A stretch of DNA of 43,108 nt from Actinomycetota bacterium (lineage in GTDB: Bacteria > Actinomycetota > Actinomycetes > S36-B12): NCBI GenBank assembly GCA_029978585.1, contig JAPOJD010000003.1, forward strand, positions 1 to 43,108. The letters are read 5' to 3'. The position numbers were made by a program, and so were the translations under genes. The notes under the pieces were generated by a model. It had not been told where the DNA came from. It made no database searches and was given only the letters and a program-made list of their open reading frames with translations. Of the stretch, positions 32,009 to 40,521 are shown one piece after another (positions within the stretch are counted from its first letter, which is position 1; every line of letters begins with the position of its first letter).

Positions 32009-32707
32009 ATGTCGACGATGCTCGAGATCGGATCCGGCGCGAGCGCGATGCCCGCCCTCTACGCGCAGCCCTCGTCGGGGCGCGGCCCCGGCGTGGTCGT
32101 AATCCAGGAGTGGTGGGGGCTGGTGCCCCACATCTCCTCCGTCGTCGACCGGCTCGCCGACGCCGGCTTCGTGGCGCTGGCGCCGGACCTGTACCGGGGC
32201 GAGACCACGACGGAGCCCGACGAGGCGGGCAAGCTCATGATGGGCCTGCGGGTGTCCCGGGCGGCAACCGACATCGCCACGGCGGCCGATCACCTCGTGC
32301 GCACCGGTGCGCTCCCCGACGATCGCGTGGGCGCCATGGGCTTCTGCATGGGCGGTGGCCTTGCGCTCCTCGCCCCTACCGTGAGCCCGCACATCGTGTG
32401 CACCGCGGCGTTCTACCCGGCGATGCCGTGGCCCGACTACCACCCCGCGTGGGCCAACTACGCCGGACGTGAGGCGCTCATCCACCAGTGCGAGTCCGAC
32501 ATCGCCTCGACGGGGCCTGACATCGCGCGCTACGCGGCGGAGATCGCATCGCATGGCGGCACCGCCGTCATCGTCGACTACCCGGGAACCCAGCACGCGT
32601 TCTTCAACGACGACCGGCCCGAGGTGTTCGACGCCGTCTCCGCCGCGGCGGCCTGGGAGAGCTCGCTGGCGCTGTTCCACCGCGTGCTCGATGGCCCGTT
32701 CGCCTAG
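32009..32707 (+). CDS. Dienelactone hydrolase family protein
   Basis: IQEWWGL, ALAPDLY, nucleophile motif GFCMGG and [11 protein letters not shown]. Confidence 0.92.
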   Translation: MSTMLEIGSGASAMPALYAQPSSGRGPGVVVIQEWWGLVPHISSVVDRLADAGFVALAPDLYRGETTTEPDEAGKLMMGLRVSRAATDIATAADHLVRTGALPDDRVGAMGFCMGGGLALLAPTVSPHIVCTAAFYPAMPWPDYHPAWANYAGREALIHQCESDIASTGPDIARYAAEIASHGGTAVIVDYPGTQHAFFNDDRPEVFDAVSAAAAWESSLALFHRVLDGPFA

Positions 32708-33395
32708 CCGGCGCCTCGCGGAGCTCGACCAGCGGATTATCGCCTGCCGTGCCTGCCCGAGGCTGGTCGCCTGGCGGGAGGAGGTGGCCCTGACCCGGAG
32801 GTCGGCGTACGCCGACCAGGAGTACTGGGGCCGACCCATCACCGGGTTCGGGCCCGTGCGCCCGGGGGTGCTCGTCGTCGGCCTCGCCCCGGCCGCTCAC
32901 GGGGCGAACAGGACCGGGCGCATCTTCACCGGCGACCGCAGCGGGGACTGGCTGTTCGCCTCCCTGCATCGCCTCGGCCTCGCGTCGCAGGCGGAGTCGG
33001 TCTCCCGCGACGACGGGCAGGAACTCAGCGGCGTGCGCATCACGGCCGCCGTGCGGTGCGCGCCGCCGGGCAACGCGCCGACCCCCGGGGAGCGCGACTC
33101 GTGCGCCCCCTACCTCGTCGAGGAGGTCGACATCACCGACCCGCCGGTGATCGTGGCCCTGGGCGGGTTCGCCTGGCAGTCGGTCCTGCGGACACTCCAG
33201 ACGCTCGGCGACGACATCCCCCGCCCCCGGCCCCGGTTCGGGCACGGCGCGACGGCGAGGGTCGGCTCGAGGTGGCTGCTCGGCTGCTACCACCCCAGCC
33301 AGCAGAACACCTTCACCGGCCGGCTCACCGAGCCGATGCTCGACGACGTCCTCGGCCGCGCCCGCGATCTCGCGGAGACCGGCGGCGTAGCCTGA
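32691..33395 (+). CDS. udgB: Uracil-DNA glycosylase family 5 (Fe-S, UdgB-like)
   Basis: [32 protein letters not shown] and [11 protein letters not shown] motifs. Confidence 0.88.
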   Translation: MARSPSRRLAELDQRIIACRACPRLVAWREEVALTRRSAYADQEYWGRPITGFGPVRPGVLVVGLAPAAHGANRTGRIFTGDRSGDWLFASLHRLGLASQAESVSRDDGQELSGVRITAAVRCAPPGNAPTPGERDSCAPYLVEEVDITDPPVIVALGGFAWQSVLRTLQTLGDDIPRPRPRFGHGATARVGSRWLLGCYHPSQQNTFTGRLTEPMLDDVLGRARDLAETGGVA

Positions 33396-33399
33396 GGGA

Positions 33400-33473
33400 G
33401 CCCCCGTAGTCCAATCGGCAGAGACGCCCGGCTTAAACCCGGTCCAGTGAGGGTTCGATCCCCTCCGGGGGCA
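33400..33473 (+). tRNA. tRNA-Leu(TAA), short variable loop (type I)
   Basis: GCCCCCG/CGGGGGC-A acceptor stem, anticodon loop CT-TAA-AC, variable loop CCAGT (5 nt) and GAGGG-TTCGATC-CCCTC. 74 nt, no encoded CCA. Confidence 0.9.
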
Positions 33474-33557
33474 CGGTCGGGATTGCTTCGGCGGCCGAAT
33501 CGGTTAACGTGGAAGGAGACCCGCAGACCGGGCCCCGTCCCAGGAGGTAGACCCAGC

Positions 33558-34472
33558 ATGCAGACCGCGAACCCGATCCTGTCCCGCATCGACCGCGACG
33601 CGGCTCAGGCAGCGTCGAGCTGCCCCGGCTTCGCCTACGAGGAGGGCCGTACTGCCGTGGCCGCGGCCCAGGCGCCGGCCCCGCAGGCGACCGCCGCTGC
33701 AACCTCCGCCGCCGTCCACTCCGCGGGGGCTGCCGACGCCGGCTACTACGCCGGTGTCCAGATCCCGGCCCCGGTCGGGCAGCGCGTCACCTTCGCCGAC
33801 GTCATGGTGAAGAGCGCCATCATGTTCGGGCTCGCCGTCGTCGGTGCCTTCGTCGGATGGGGGCTCACCGCGGCCGTCCCGGGCATCGGCACCGGGGTCG
33901 TGCTCGTGGCGACGGTGGGCACGCTCGTCCTCGGCCTGGTCAACGCATTCAAGCGCCAGGTCAGCCCGCCCCTCACCCTGCTGTACGCCGCCTGCTCCGG
34001 GATCTTCCTCGGCGCCATCAGCTACTGGTACAACGAGCTCGCCCTGCAGTCGGACTACGAGGGCCTCGTGCTGCAGGCGGTCCTCGCCACGTTCACGACG
34101 TTCGGCGTGATGCTCCTGCTCTACGGCACCGGCATCGTCAAGGTGAACGGCCGCTTCATGAAGATCATGATCGTGGCGATGGTGTCCTACCTCTTCATCG
34201 GCATCGCCTCGTTCGTGGCCGCCCTCTTGGGCGTCGGAGGCGGCTGGGGCTTCTACGGTGTCGGGACGCTGGGCCTCCTGCTGTGCGTCTTCGGCGTGGG
34301 GCTGGCGGCGTTCAGCCTCATGCTGGACTTCGAGGCCATCAAGCAGGGCATTGCGATGGGCCTGCCCGAGCGCGAGTCATGGCGGATGTCCTTCGGCCTG
34401 CTGGTCACGCTGGTGTGGCTCTACCTGGAGTTCCTGCGCATGTTCGCGATCATCGCGTCCGGCCGGGAGTAG
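33558..34472 (+). CDS. Bax inhibitor-1/YccA family membrane protein
   Basis: MQTANPIL N-terminus, about seven TMs, LMLDFE and FGLLVTLVWLYLEFLR. AGGAGG RBS upstream. Confidence 0.9.
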   Translation: MQTANPILSRIDRDAAQAASSCPGFAYEEGRTAVAAAQAPAPQATAAATSAAVHSAGAADAGYYAGVQIPAPVGQRVTFADVMVKSAIMFGLAVVGAFVGWGLTAAVPGIGTGVVLVATVGTLVLGLVNAFKRQVSPPLTLLYAACSGIFLGAISYWYNELALQSDYEGLVLQAVLATFTTFGVMLLLYGTGIVKVNGRFMKIMIVAMVSYLFIGIASFVAALLGVGGGWGFYGVGTLGLLLCVFGVGLAAFSLMLDFEAIKQGIAMGLPERESWRMSFGLLVTLVWLYLEFLRMFAIIASGRE

Positions 34473-34493
34473 CACCCGGCTGACGGCGGGTGC
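34472..34493. terminator. GC hairpin between convergent genes (possible bidirectional terminator)
   Basis: GCACCCG-N8-CGGGTGC, with no U-tract. Confidence 0.45.
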
Positions 34494-34496
34494 CGC

Positions 34497-34727
34497 CTAG
34501 GCGAGTTTGCGCGCGGCGCGCTGCATGTCGTACTCGTGCACGATGGCCGTGGCCTGACCATGCGACAGGTCGTGCTCAGTGCGCAGCCAGGTGACCTTCT
34601 CGTCGAATCGCAGGAACGCGGGGCCGTCCTCCAGCACCACGAACCACTCCTTGATGTCGCGTCCGGTCGTCTCGGGAATCCGGGCGACCAGGGCCCGATG
34701 CGTCTCCTCGGAGTGGTGCAAGGTCAT
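34497..34727 (-). CDS. DUF4287 domain protein
   Basis: SEETHRAL.ARIPETTGRDIKEW...WLRTEHDLSHGQATAIVHE. GAAGGAG RBS before ATG 34727. Confidence 0.8.
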   Translation of the reverse strand: MTLHHSEETHRALVARIPETTGRDIKEWFVVLEDGPAFLRFDEKVTWLRTEHDLSHGQATAIVHEYDMQRAARKLA

Positions 34728-34828
34728 GGGGCGCTCCTTCGCGTCGACGGGGCTGCTGCCTCCACCGTAGGCCCTGCGGCGCCCCATGGGGAGGGACTCC
34801 GCGGATCCGGCCCGGCTAGCCTGCCCGC

Positions 34829-35125
34829 ATGACCGCCGAGGAGGAGCTGCGCCGGGAGGCCGATCGGGTGGTGGAGCGCCTGCGCACCATGCCGCTGGCC
34901 CGGCTGTCGACCTCGGCCCCCGGGGCGCGGGCCCTCGCCCAGCGCCTCGAGGACCGTTCGGCGGACCTGTCCGGGCGGGAGCGGCGGGAGGTCCCCGACG
35001 TCGGCGACGCCGCCGTAGGCGACCAGGTGGCGGTCATGGTCGCGGACCTGCTGCGACTTCGCCCGCCGCCGCAGCAGTGCGCCGAGGCCGCGGATGAACT
35101 GGCCCGCTACCGGCGGGAACTGTAG
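34829..35125 (+). CDS. Small helical hypothetical protein
   Basis: TAGCCT-N6-ATG start, GC3-biased frame and a VPDVGDAAVGDQVAV segment. Function unknown. Confidence 0.7.
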   Translation: MTAEEELRREADRVVERLRTMPLARLSTSAPGARALAQRLEDRSADLSGRERREVPDVGDAAVGDQVAVMVADLLRLRPPPQQCAEAADELARYRREL

Positions 35126-35931
35126 GAGTCGTCGGGGACCGCGGGGAGGATCTCGCCCTCCCCGCCCAGTCGCCACGCCGCGATGACCTCGGGCAGCAGG
35201 GCCTGGGCCGCTGCCTCGTAGCCATCGGTCGAGGGATGGAACCGGTCGGCGGCGAACATCACCTCGGGGCGCTCGTCGAACTCCGGTCCCAGCCGAGCTC
35301 CCAGCGATACCGGCCGACCCCCCTCGGCGAGCGTGGCCTCGGCCTGTGCTCGCGCGAGGAGGCGCGAACGCCGGCGCATGATGCTGCGCAGCGGCTGCGG
35401 GACGGGCTTGACCGTGCCGAGATCAGGACAGGTGGCCATGACGACATGGGTACCCGCCTCGCGCAGCCTTCGGATGGCCGCGCGGAGCCGCTTCGCGGAC
35501 AGGTGGCGGGGCACCAGGTGCGTGACGTCATTCGCGCCCACGATGATCACGGCCACGTGCGGTCGGGTCCACAGAGCGCGGTCCACCTGGGCGTCGAGGT
35601 CCTTCGCCTGGGCGCCGATGACGGCGTGGTTGCTCAGCGTCACCGAACGCCCGGATACCTCGGCGAGGGCCTCGGCGAGGAGGGCGCCGGTCGTGTCCTG
35701 CGGCCGGTCGGCCCCCAGGCCCGCGGCCGCCGAGTCACCGAGCATGGCGAGGCGGATCGAGGTTCCCGGGCCGGCGCCGTACCGGCCGTCGGCGTACGGG
35801 GCGGACGAGGTGCGCCGGCCGATGCGGCGATGGGCCTCGTAGGCCTGGGCGGTGAGGATCCCCAGGGCCGCGACCGCTGACGCGGCGACGGCTCCCGCGG
35901 TGCGCGCGGCGGCGGTGCGGCCCGTCGGCAC
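35107..35931 (-). CDS. SGNH/GDSL hydrolase family protein
   Basis: LGDSAAAG, VGANDV and DRFHPS blocks, with an N-terminal hydrophobic segment. Confidence 0.9.
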   Translation of the reverse strand: MPTGRTAAARTAGAVAASAVAALGILTAQAYEAHRRIGRRTSSAPYADGRYGAGPGTSIRLAMLGDSAAAGLGADRPQDTTGALLAEALAEVSGRSVTLSNHAVIGAQAKDLDAQVDRALWTRPHVAVIIVGANDVTHLVPRHLSAKRLRAAIRRLREAGTHVVMATCPDLGTVKPVPQPLRSIMRRRSRLLARAQAEATLAEGGRPVSLGARLGPEFDERPEVMFAADRFHPSTDGYEAAAQALLPEVIAAWRLGGEGEILPAVPDDSYSSRR

Positions 35932-35933
35932 GA

Positions 35934-36650
35934 CTACCGGCTCGCCTTGCGCAGGAATGAGCGCACGGCCTCCCGCGCGTTGTCGCGGATCTCCGGACCG
36001 TGCGTGAACGCCGCGATGGCATATTCCACCTCACCCAGCGCATGCGCGGTCTGGACGTTCTGCCGGAAGGACGTGCAGAAAGCCTTGGTCGGCCAACTCA
36101 TCCGCGAGTTCATGTTGAAGATGGAGTCGCCGGTGATGAGGACGCCGCTGGCCGGATGGAGCAGGGAGATGTGTCCGGGGGTGTGACCCGGCGTGTGCAT
36201 GACGCGCAGTCCGCCGCCGACCGGCAGCTCGTCGCCGTCGTGCAGGCGCTGGGCCACGGCGGTGGGGCGGAAGTCACCCCAGGGAGTGCGCGACATGAGC
36301 CGCCCGGACGACTTCGTCACGTCGCCCGGGGCGCGCGTGCCGGACTCGATGTAGCCGGCATCATCGGCGTGGACGTCGACACCCACGGCTGCGGACTCCG
36401 AGACCAGTTGGGCTGCGCCGCTCGCGTGGTCGAAGTGTGCATGGGTGAGCAGGATGCGCTGGACGTCCCGCGGATGCTTCCCGAGGGCGGACAGGGCGCG
36501 GACGATCTTGGCCGGCGCGCGCTTGAGGCCGCAGTCGACGAGGGTGACGGACCCGTCGTCGTCTACGAAGGCGTAGGAGTTGATGAAGTCGCCGAGGGTC
36601 GGGATCCGGTGCACGCCGGGGGCGAGGGTGACGACGGGCGCCTTGCTCAT
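35934..36650 (-). CDS. MBL-fold metallo-hydrolase
   Basis: LVDCG, THAHFDH, HTPGHTPGH, ITGD and FTHG motifs. ATG 36650 is preceded by TAGTCT-N6. Confidence 0.9.
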   Translation of the reverse strand: MSKAPVVTLAPGVHRIPTLGDFINSYAFVDDDGSVTLVDCGLKRAPAKIVRALSALGKHPRDVQRILLTHAHFDHASGAAQLVSESAAVGVDVHADDAGYIESGTRAPGDVTKSSGRLMSRTPWGDFRPTAVAQRLHDGDELPVGGGLRVMHTPGHTPGHISLLHPASGVLITGDSIFNMNSRMSWPTKAFCTSFRQNVQTAHALGEVEYAIAAFTHGPEIRDNAREAVRSFLRKASR

Positions 36651-36674
36651 GGTCACAGACTAGGCTCTGGTCTC

Positions 36675-38039
36675 GTGCGCGTCGTCGACTCGGTCGTGGA
36701 ACTCATTGGCAACACCCCTCTCGTGCGGCTGAATAGGGTCACCGAGGGGATCGCGTGCCCGGTCTACGCCAAGGTCGAGTACCTCAACCCCGGTGGCTCG
36801 GTGAAGGACCGCATCGCAGTGCGCATGATCGAGACGGCCGAACGCGAGGGCCTTCTCGGGCCGGGGGGCACGATCGTGGAGCCCACGTCCGGCAACACCG
36901 GGGTCGGCCTCGCCCTCGTCGCCCAGCAGCGCGGCTACCGCTGCATCTTCGTCTGCCCGGACAAGGTGTCGCAGGACAAGCAGAACGTCCTGCGGGCCTA
37001 CGGCGCCGAGGTCGTCGAGTGCCCGACCGCTGTCGATCCCGAGGACCCCCGCTCGTACTACTCGGTGAGCGACCGGCTCGCCAGGGAGATCCCCGGAGCG
37101 TGGAAGCCCGACCAGTACTCCAATCAGGACAACCCGCGGTCCCACTACGAGACGACGGGCCCGGAGATCTGGGAGCAGACCGACGGCCGGGTGACTCATT
37201 TCGTCGCGGGCGCGGGCACCGGGGGGACCATCAGCGGTGTCGGGCGATACCTCAAGGAGGTCAGCGAGGGCCGAGTGCGCATCATCGCCGCGGACCCGGA
37301 GGGCTCGGTCTACTCCGGCGGCACCGGTCGCCCCTACCTGGTCGAGGGCGTGGGCGAGGACTTCTGGCCGACGACGTACGACCCCGGCATCGCCGACGAG
37401 GTCATCGCGGTGAGCGACCGGGACTCCTTCGAGATGACGCGCCGCCTCGCGCGCGAGGAGGGCCTCCTCGTAGGCGGATCGTGCGGCATGGCTGTCGTCG
37501 CCGCGCTGGACGTGGCACGGCGGGCATCCGCGGACGACATGGTGGTCGTCCTGCTGCCCGACTCGGGGCGCGGCTATCTCTCCAAGGTCTTCAACGACGA
37601 GTGGCTGGCGTCGTACGGCTTCGGCCCCTCCGAGGGCGAGCGCACGGTCGGCGACGTCCTGCGGGGGAAGTCCGGCGACCTCCCTCCCTTCGTGCACGCG
37701 CATCCGACCGAGTCGGTGCGCGAGGCGATTGACACCCTGCGCGAGTTCGGCGTCTCGCAGATGCCCGTCGTCCGCGCGGAGCCGCCGGTCATGGCCGCCG
37801 AGGTAGTCGGATCCGTGGTGGAGCGCGACCTGCTCGATGCGCTCTTCGCCGGCCGTGCCGCTCTCGCCGACACGCTGGACCAGCACATGTCGCCCCGCCT
37901 CCCGCAGGTGGGCGCGGGGGAGCCGGTGTCGGCCGCGGTCGCCGCGATGGAGGCCTCCGACGCGATCCTCGTGCTCGAGGACGGCAAGCCGGTAGGGGTG
38001 CTGTCACGGCAGGACCTGCTGGGCTACCTGGCCGGCTGA
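36675..38039 (+). CDS. cbs: Cystathionine beta-synthase
   Basis: IGNTPLV, NPGGSVKDR (PLP lysine), EPTSGNTG, GAGTGGT and a C-terminal CBS domain pair. Confidence 0.93.
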   Translation: MRVVDSVVELIGNTPLVRLNRVTEGIACPVYAKVEYLNPGGSVKDRIAVRMIETAEREGLLGPGGTIVEPTSGNTGVGLALVAQQRGYRCIFVCPDKVSQDKQNVLRAYGAEVVECPTAVDPEDPRSYYSVSDRLAREIPGAWKPDQYSNQDNPRSHYETTGPEIWEQTDGRVTHFVAGAGTGGTISGVGRYLKEVSEGRVRIIAADPEGSVYSGGTGRPYLVEGVGEDFWPTTYDPGIADEVIAVSDRDSFEMTRRLAREEGLLVGGSCGMAVVAALDVARRASADDMVVVLLPDSGRGYLSKVFNDEWLASYGFGPSEGERTVGDVLRGKSGDLPPFVHAHPTESVREAIDTLREFGVSQMPVVRAEPPVMAAEVVGSVVERDLLDALFAGRAALADTLDQHMSPRLPQVGAGEPVSAAVAAMEASDAILVLEDGKPVGVLSRQDLLGYLAG

Positions 38040-38043
38040 GGAG

Positions 38044-38082
38044 TAACACGGATTCCGTGTAGCACAGAATCCGTGTTAGCGT
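38044..38082. promoter_or_regulatory. Inverted-repeat operator and -10 box of vapBC
   Basis: TAACACGGATTC-N11-GAATCCGTGTTA (perfect 12-bp arms), overlapping TAGCGT (38077-38082), which ends 6 nt before the ATG. Confidence 0.8.
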
Positions 38083-38088
38083 GATCCC

Positions 38089-38346
38089 ATGACGAACCTC
38101 ACCATCACGGTGGACGACGAGGTCCTTCGTCAGGCGCGCATCCGCGCCATCGAGGAGGGTTCCTCGGTCAACGCCGTCCTACGTGAGTACCTGGCTCGGT
38201 ACGTCGCCGATCGCGATCGGTCCGAGCGTGACCGCGCCGTACTCCGCGGCATCGTGGCCCACGCCCTCGCGCATCAGGGCAGGTCAGGCGGGCGCCGGGT
38301 GCGCCGCGAGGAACTCTACGAGGAACGGGTGCAGTGGCCCCGTTGA
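38089..38346 (+). CDS. vapB: Ribbon-helix-helix antitoxin (VapB-like)
   Basis: NLTITVDDEVLRQARIRA...SVNAVLREYL and a C-terminal RREELYEER. Overlaps the PIN gene by 13 bp. Confidence 0.8.
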   Translation: MTNLTITVDDEVLRQARIRAIEEGSSVNAVLREYLARYVADRDRSERDRAVLRGIVAHALAHQGRSGGRRVRREELYEERVQWPR

Positions 38347-38741
38347 CCTTCCTCGACACGAACCTCCTGGCCTACGCCTATGACGCTGACGCGGGGACCA
38401 AGGGCGAGCGGGCACGCGAGGTCCTGGGCAGCCTCGACAGGGCGGTCGTGAGCACTCAGGTCCTGCTCGAGTTCTACGCGGTGCTCACGCGCAAGTTCGG
38501 ACTTGCGCCTGCGACTGCCTTGGCTGCGGTCGACTCGTTGCTGGGGCTGGAAGTCGTGGCAACCGATGCGCGATTGGTGAGGGATGGCCTGCATCTGTCC
38601 ATTGAGAACGGCATTTCGCACTGGGACGCGATGATCGTGGCGGCCGCCGCAAGCGCTGGTTGCGACGTTGTGCTGACCGAGGATCTCAGCGATGGACAGG
38701 TCATCGAGGGCGTGCGGATCGTCAACCCCTTTCCGGGGTGA
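38334..38741 (+). CDS. vapC: PIN-domain toxin (VapC-like)
   Basis: FLDTNLL, STQVLLEF, WDAMIVAAA, LTEDL and VNPF; the conserved acidic residues are intact. Confidence 0.9.
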   Translation: MAPLTFLDTNLLAYAYDADAGTKGERAREVLGSLDRAVVSTQVLLEFYAVLTRKFGLAPATALAAVDSLLGLEVVATDARLVRDGLHLSIENGISHWDAMIVAAAASAGCDVVLTEDLSDGQVIEGVRIVNPFPG

Positions 38742-38753
38742 GTGCGGATATCG

Positions 38754-39812
38754 TCAGCGGCTCCAGATGTCTCCCACGGTGAAGCCGGTGGGGAACGGGT
38801 CCGTCGGGTCGACGACGTACTCGGCGAAGCCGGTGATCCAGGCGTGCCCGGTGATCTCGGGAACGACCCCCGGCACGCCGCCGATGTCGACCTCCTCCAC
38901 GAGGCGCCCGATGAAGACGGTGTCGGTGATGCTCTCGTGCCGGAACTCCCGGCCGAGCGCCAGCCGGCCGCGGGCATGCATCGTCGCCATGCGCGCGCAG
39001 GTGCCGGTGCCGCACGGCGAGCGGTCCAGGCATCCGGTGAAGCTCGCGGGCGACCCCCAGCTCGGCTGACCCGTGCCCATGGTCACCGCATTGCGGCGGT
39101 CGTTGGCCGGCGATCTCGGCGGGGCGGACAGTTGCGAGATGGTCACGCCCGCAAGCGAGGGATCGAGCGGATGGTGCACGGGGTACTGCTCGCTCGCCGC
39201 CAGGGTGAGCATGCTGCCGAAGCGCACGATGTCCGCTCCCTCGTCAGCAGTGAGATCGAGGCCGAACGCGGATGCGTCGGCGATGGCGTAGAACATCCCG
39301 CCCCAGGCGATATCGGCCTCGATCGTGCCGACGCCGGGGATCTCCACGGGGACCGCGAGATGGGCCGCGAAGGCAGGGACATTGCGGAAGGTGATGGAGG
39401 TGGCCTTGCCTTCGTGGACCGTAGCGGTGATCTCGATCAGCCCGGCCGGCGCCTCGAGGGTTAATCGCGTGACCGGCTCGCTCACCTCTACCATGCCGGT
39501 CTCGATGAGGACGGTCGCCACGCAGATGGTGTTGCTGCCCGACATGGCCGGGTACTCCACGTGCTCCATGATCACGTAGCCGTAGTCGGCGGCCGGATTC
39601 GCCGACGGCAGGATGAGGTTGCAGCAGGAGGCCGGATACCCGCGCGGCTCATTGAGCATGAGCTTGCGCAGGCTGTCGGCATGCGACTGGAGATAGCGGG
39701 CCTTGTCCAGCATGGTGGCCCCGGGAACATCGTCGACACCGCCGGTGATGACCCGTCCCGGCATGCCGTCGGCGTGGATGTCGACCGCGGTGATCCGGCG
39801 ATCGAATCGCAT
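38754..39812 (-). CDS. Proline racemase family protein (Ser/Cys active-site dyad)
   Basis: DIHADG.PGR, EPRG, AMSGSNTICV, AWGGMFY and DRSPCGTGT motifs. Confidence 0.88.
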   Translation of the reverse strand: MRFDRRITAVDIHADGMPGRVITGGVDDVPGATMLDKARYLQSHADSLRKLMLNEPRGYPASCCNLILPSANPAADYGYVIMEHVEYPAMSGSNTICVATVLIETGMVEVSEPVTRLTLEAPAGLIEITATVHEGKATSITFRNVPAFAAHLAVPVEIPGVGTIEADIAWGGMFYAIADASAFGLDLTADEGADIVRFGSMLTLAASEQYPVHHPLDPSLAGVTISQLSAPPRSPANDRRNAVTMGTGQPSWGSPASFTGCLDRSPCGTGTCARMATMHARGRLALGREFRHESITDTVFIGRLVEEVDIGGVPGVVPEITGHAWITGFAEYVVDPTDPFPTGFTVGDIWSR

Positions 39813-39821
39813 GGCCGGCTC

Positions 39822-40487
39822 CTACAGGGCGGGAAGCGCGATGCCGGAGGCAGAGTGGCAGCGGTAGCCGTTGGGGACCTTGTAGAGGTACTGCTGGTGG
39901 TATCCCTCGGCGAAGTAGTAGGGCCAGTCCGAGGCGGGGGACACCTGCGTCGTTATGTCGGCGTACCCCCGGTCCTTGAGGAGCGGGGCGTACGACGTCG
40001 CGGTGCGCTCGACGAGGTCCCGCTGCTCCTGAGTCGTCCAGAACACGGCACTGCGGTACTGCGTGCCCGTGTCGTTGCCCTGCCGGTAGCCCTGGGTGGG
40101 ATCGTGCTGCTCCCAGAAGTGGCGCAGGACGTCGTACGTCGAGATCTCGTCCTCGCGGTAGGCGACCATGACGGCCTCCGTGTGCCCGGTGCGCCCGGTG
40201 CACACCTCCTCGTACGTCGGGTGCGGGGTGAAGCCGCCCTGGTAGCCGACCGAGGTCGTGTAGACGCCGGGAAGGCGCCAGTAGATCTCCTCCGAGCCCC
40301 AGAAGCAGCCCATTCCGAGGTAGATGACCGACAGGCCCTGCGGCCAGGGCTCCGCCGGCAGGTCCCGCAGCGGGGTGCCGAGGACGGCGTGGTCGGCCGG
40401 GATCTCGAAGGGGTACTCGGCGCGGCCCGGGAGTGCGTCCTCGGGCGTCACCATGCGCGACTTGGCGGAGGGGAAGAGGAAGGCCAT
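39822..40487 (-). CDS. msrA: Peptide-methionine (S)-S-oxide reductase
   Basis: GMGCFWG, PTYEEVCTGRTGHTE, HDPTQGYRQGND.GTQYRS and AEGYHQQYL motifs. Confidence 0.96.
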   Translation of the reverse strand: MAFLFPSAKSRMVTPEDALPGRAEYPFEIPADHAVLGTPLRDLPAEPWPQGLSVIYLGMGCFWGSEEIYWRLPGVYTTSVGYQGGFTPHPTYEEVCTGRTGHTEAVMVAYREDEISTYDVLRHFWEQHDPTQGYRQGNDTGTQYRSAVFWTTQEQRDLVERTATSYAPLLKDRGYADITTQVSPASDWPYYFAEGYHQQYLYKVPNGYRCHSASGIALPAL

Positions 40488-40521
40488 AGGTGGAGTATCG
40501 CCCATCTCGTAGGCTCCTGCC

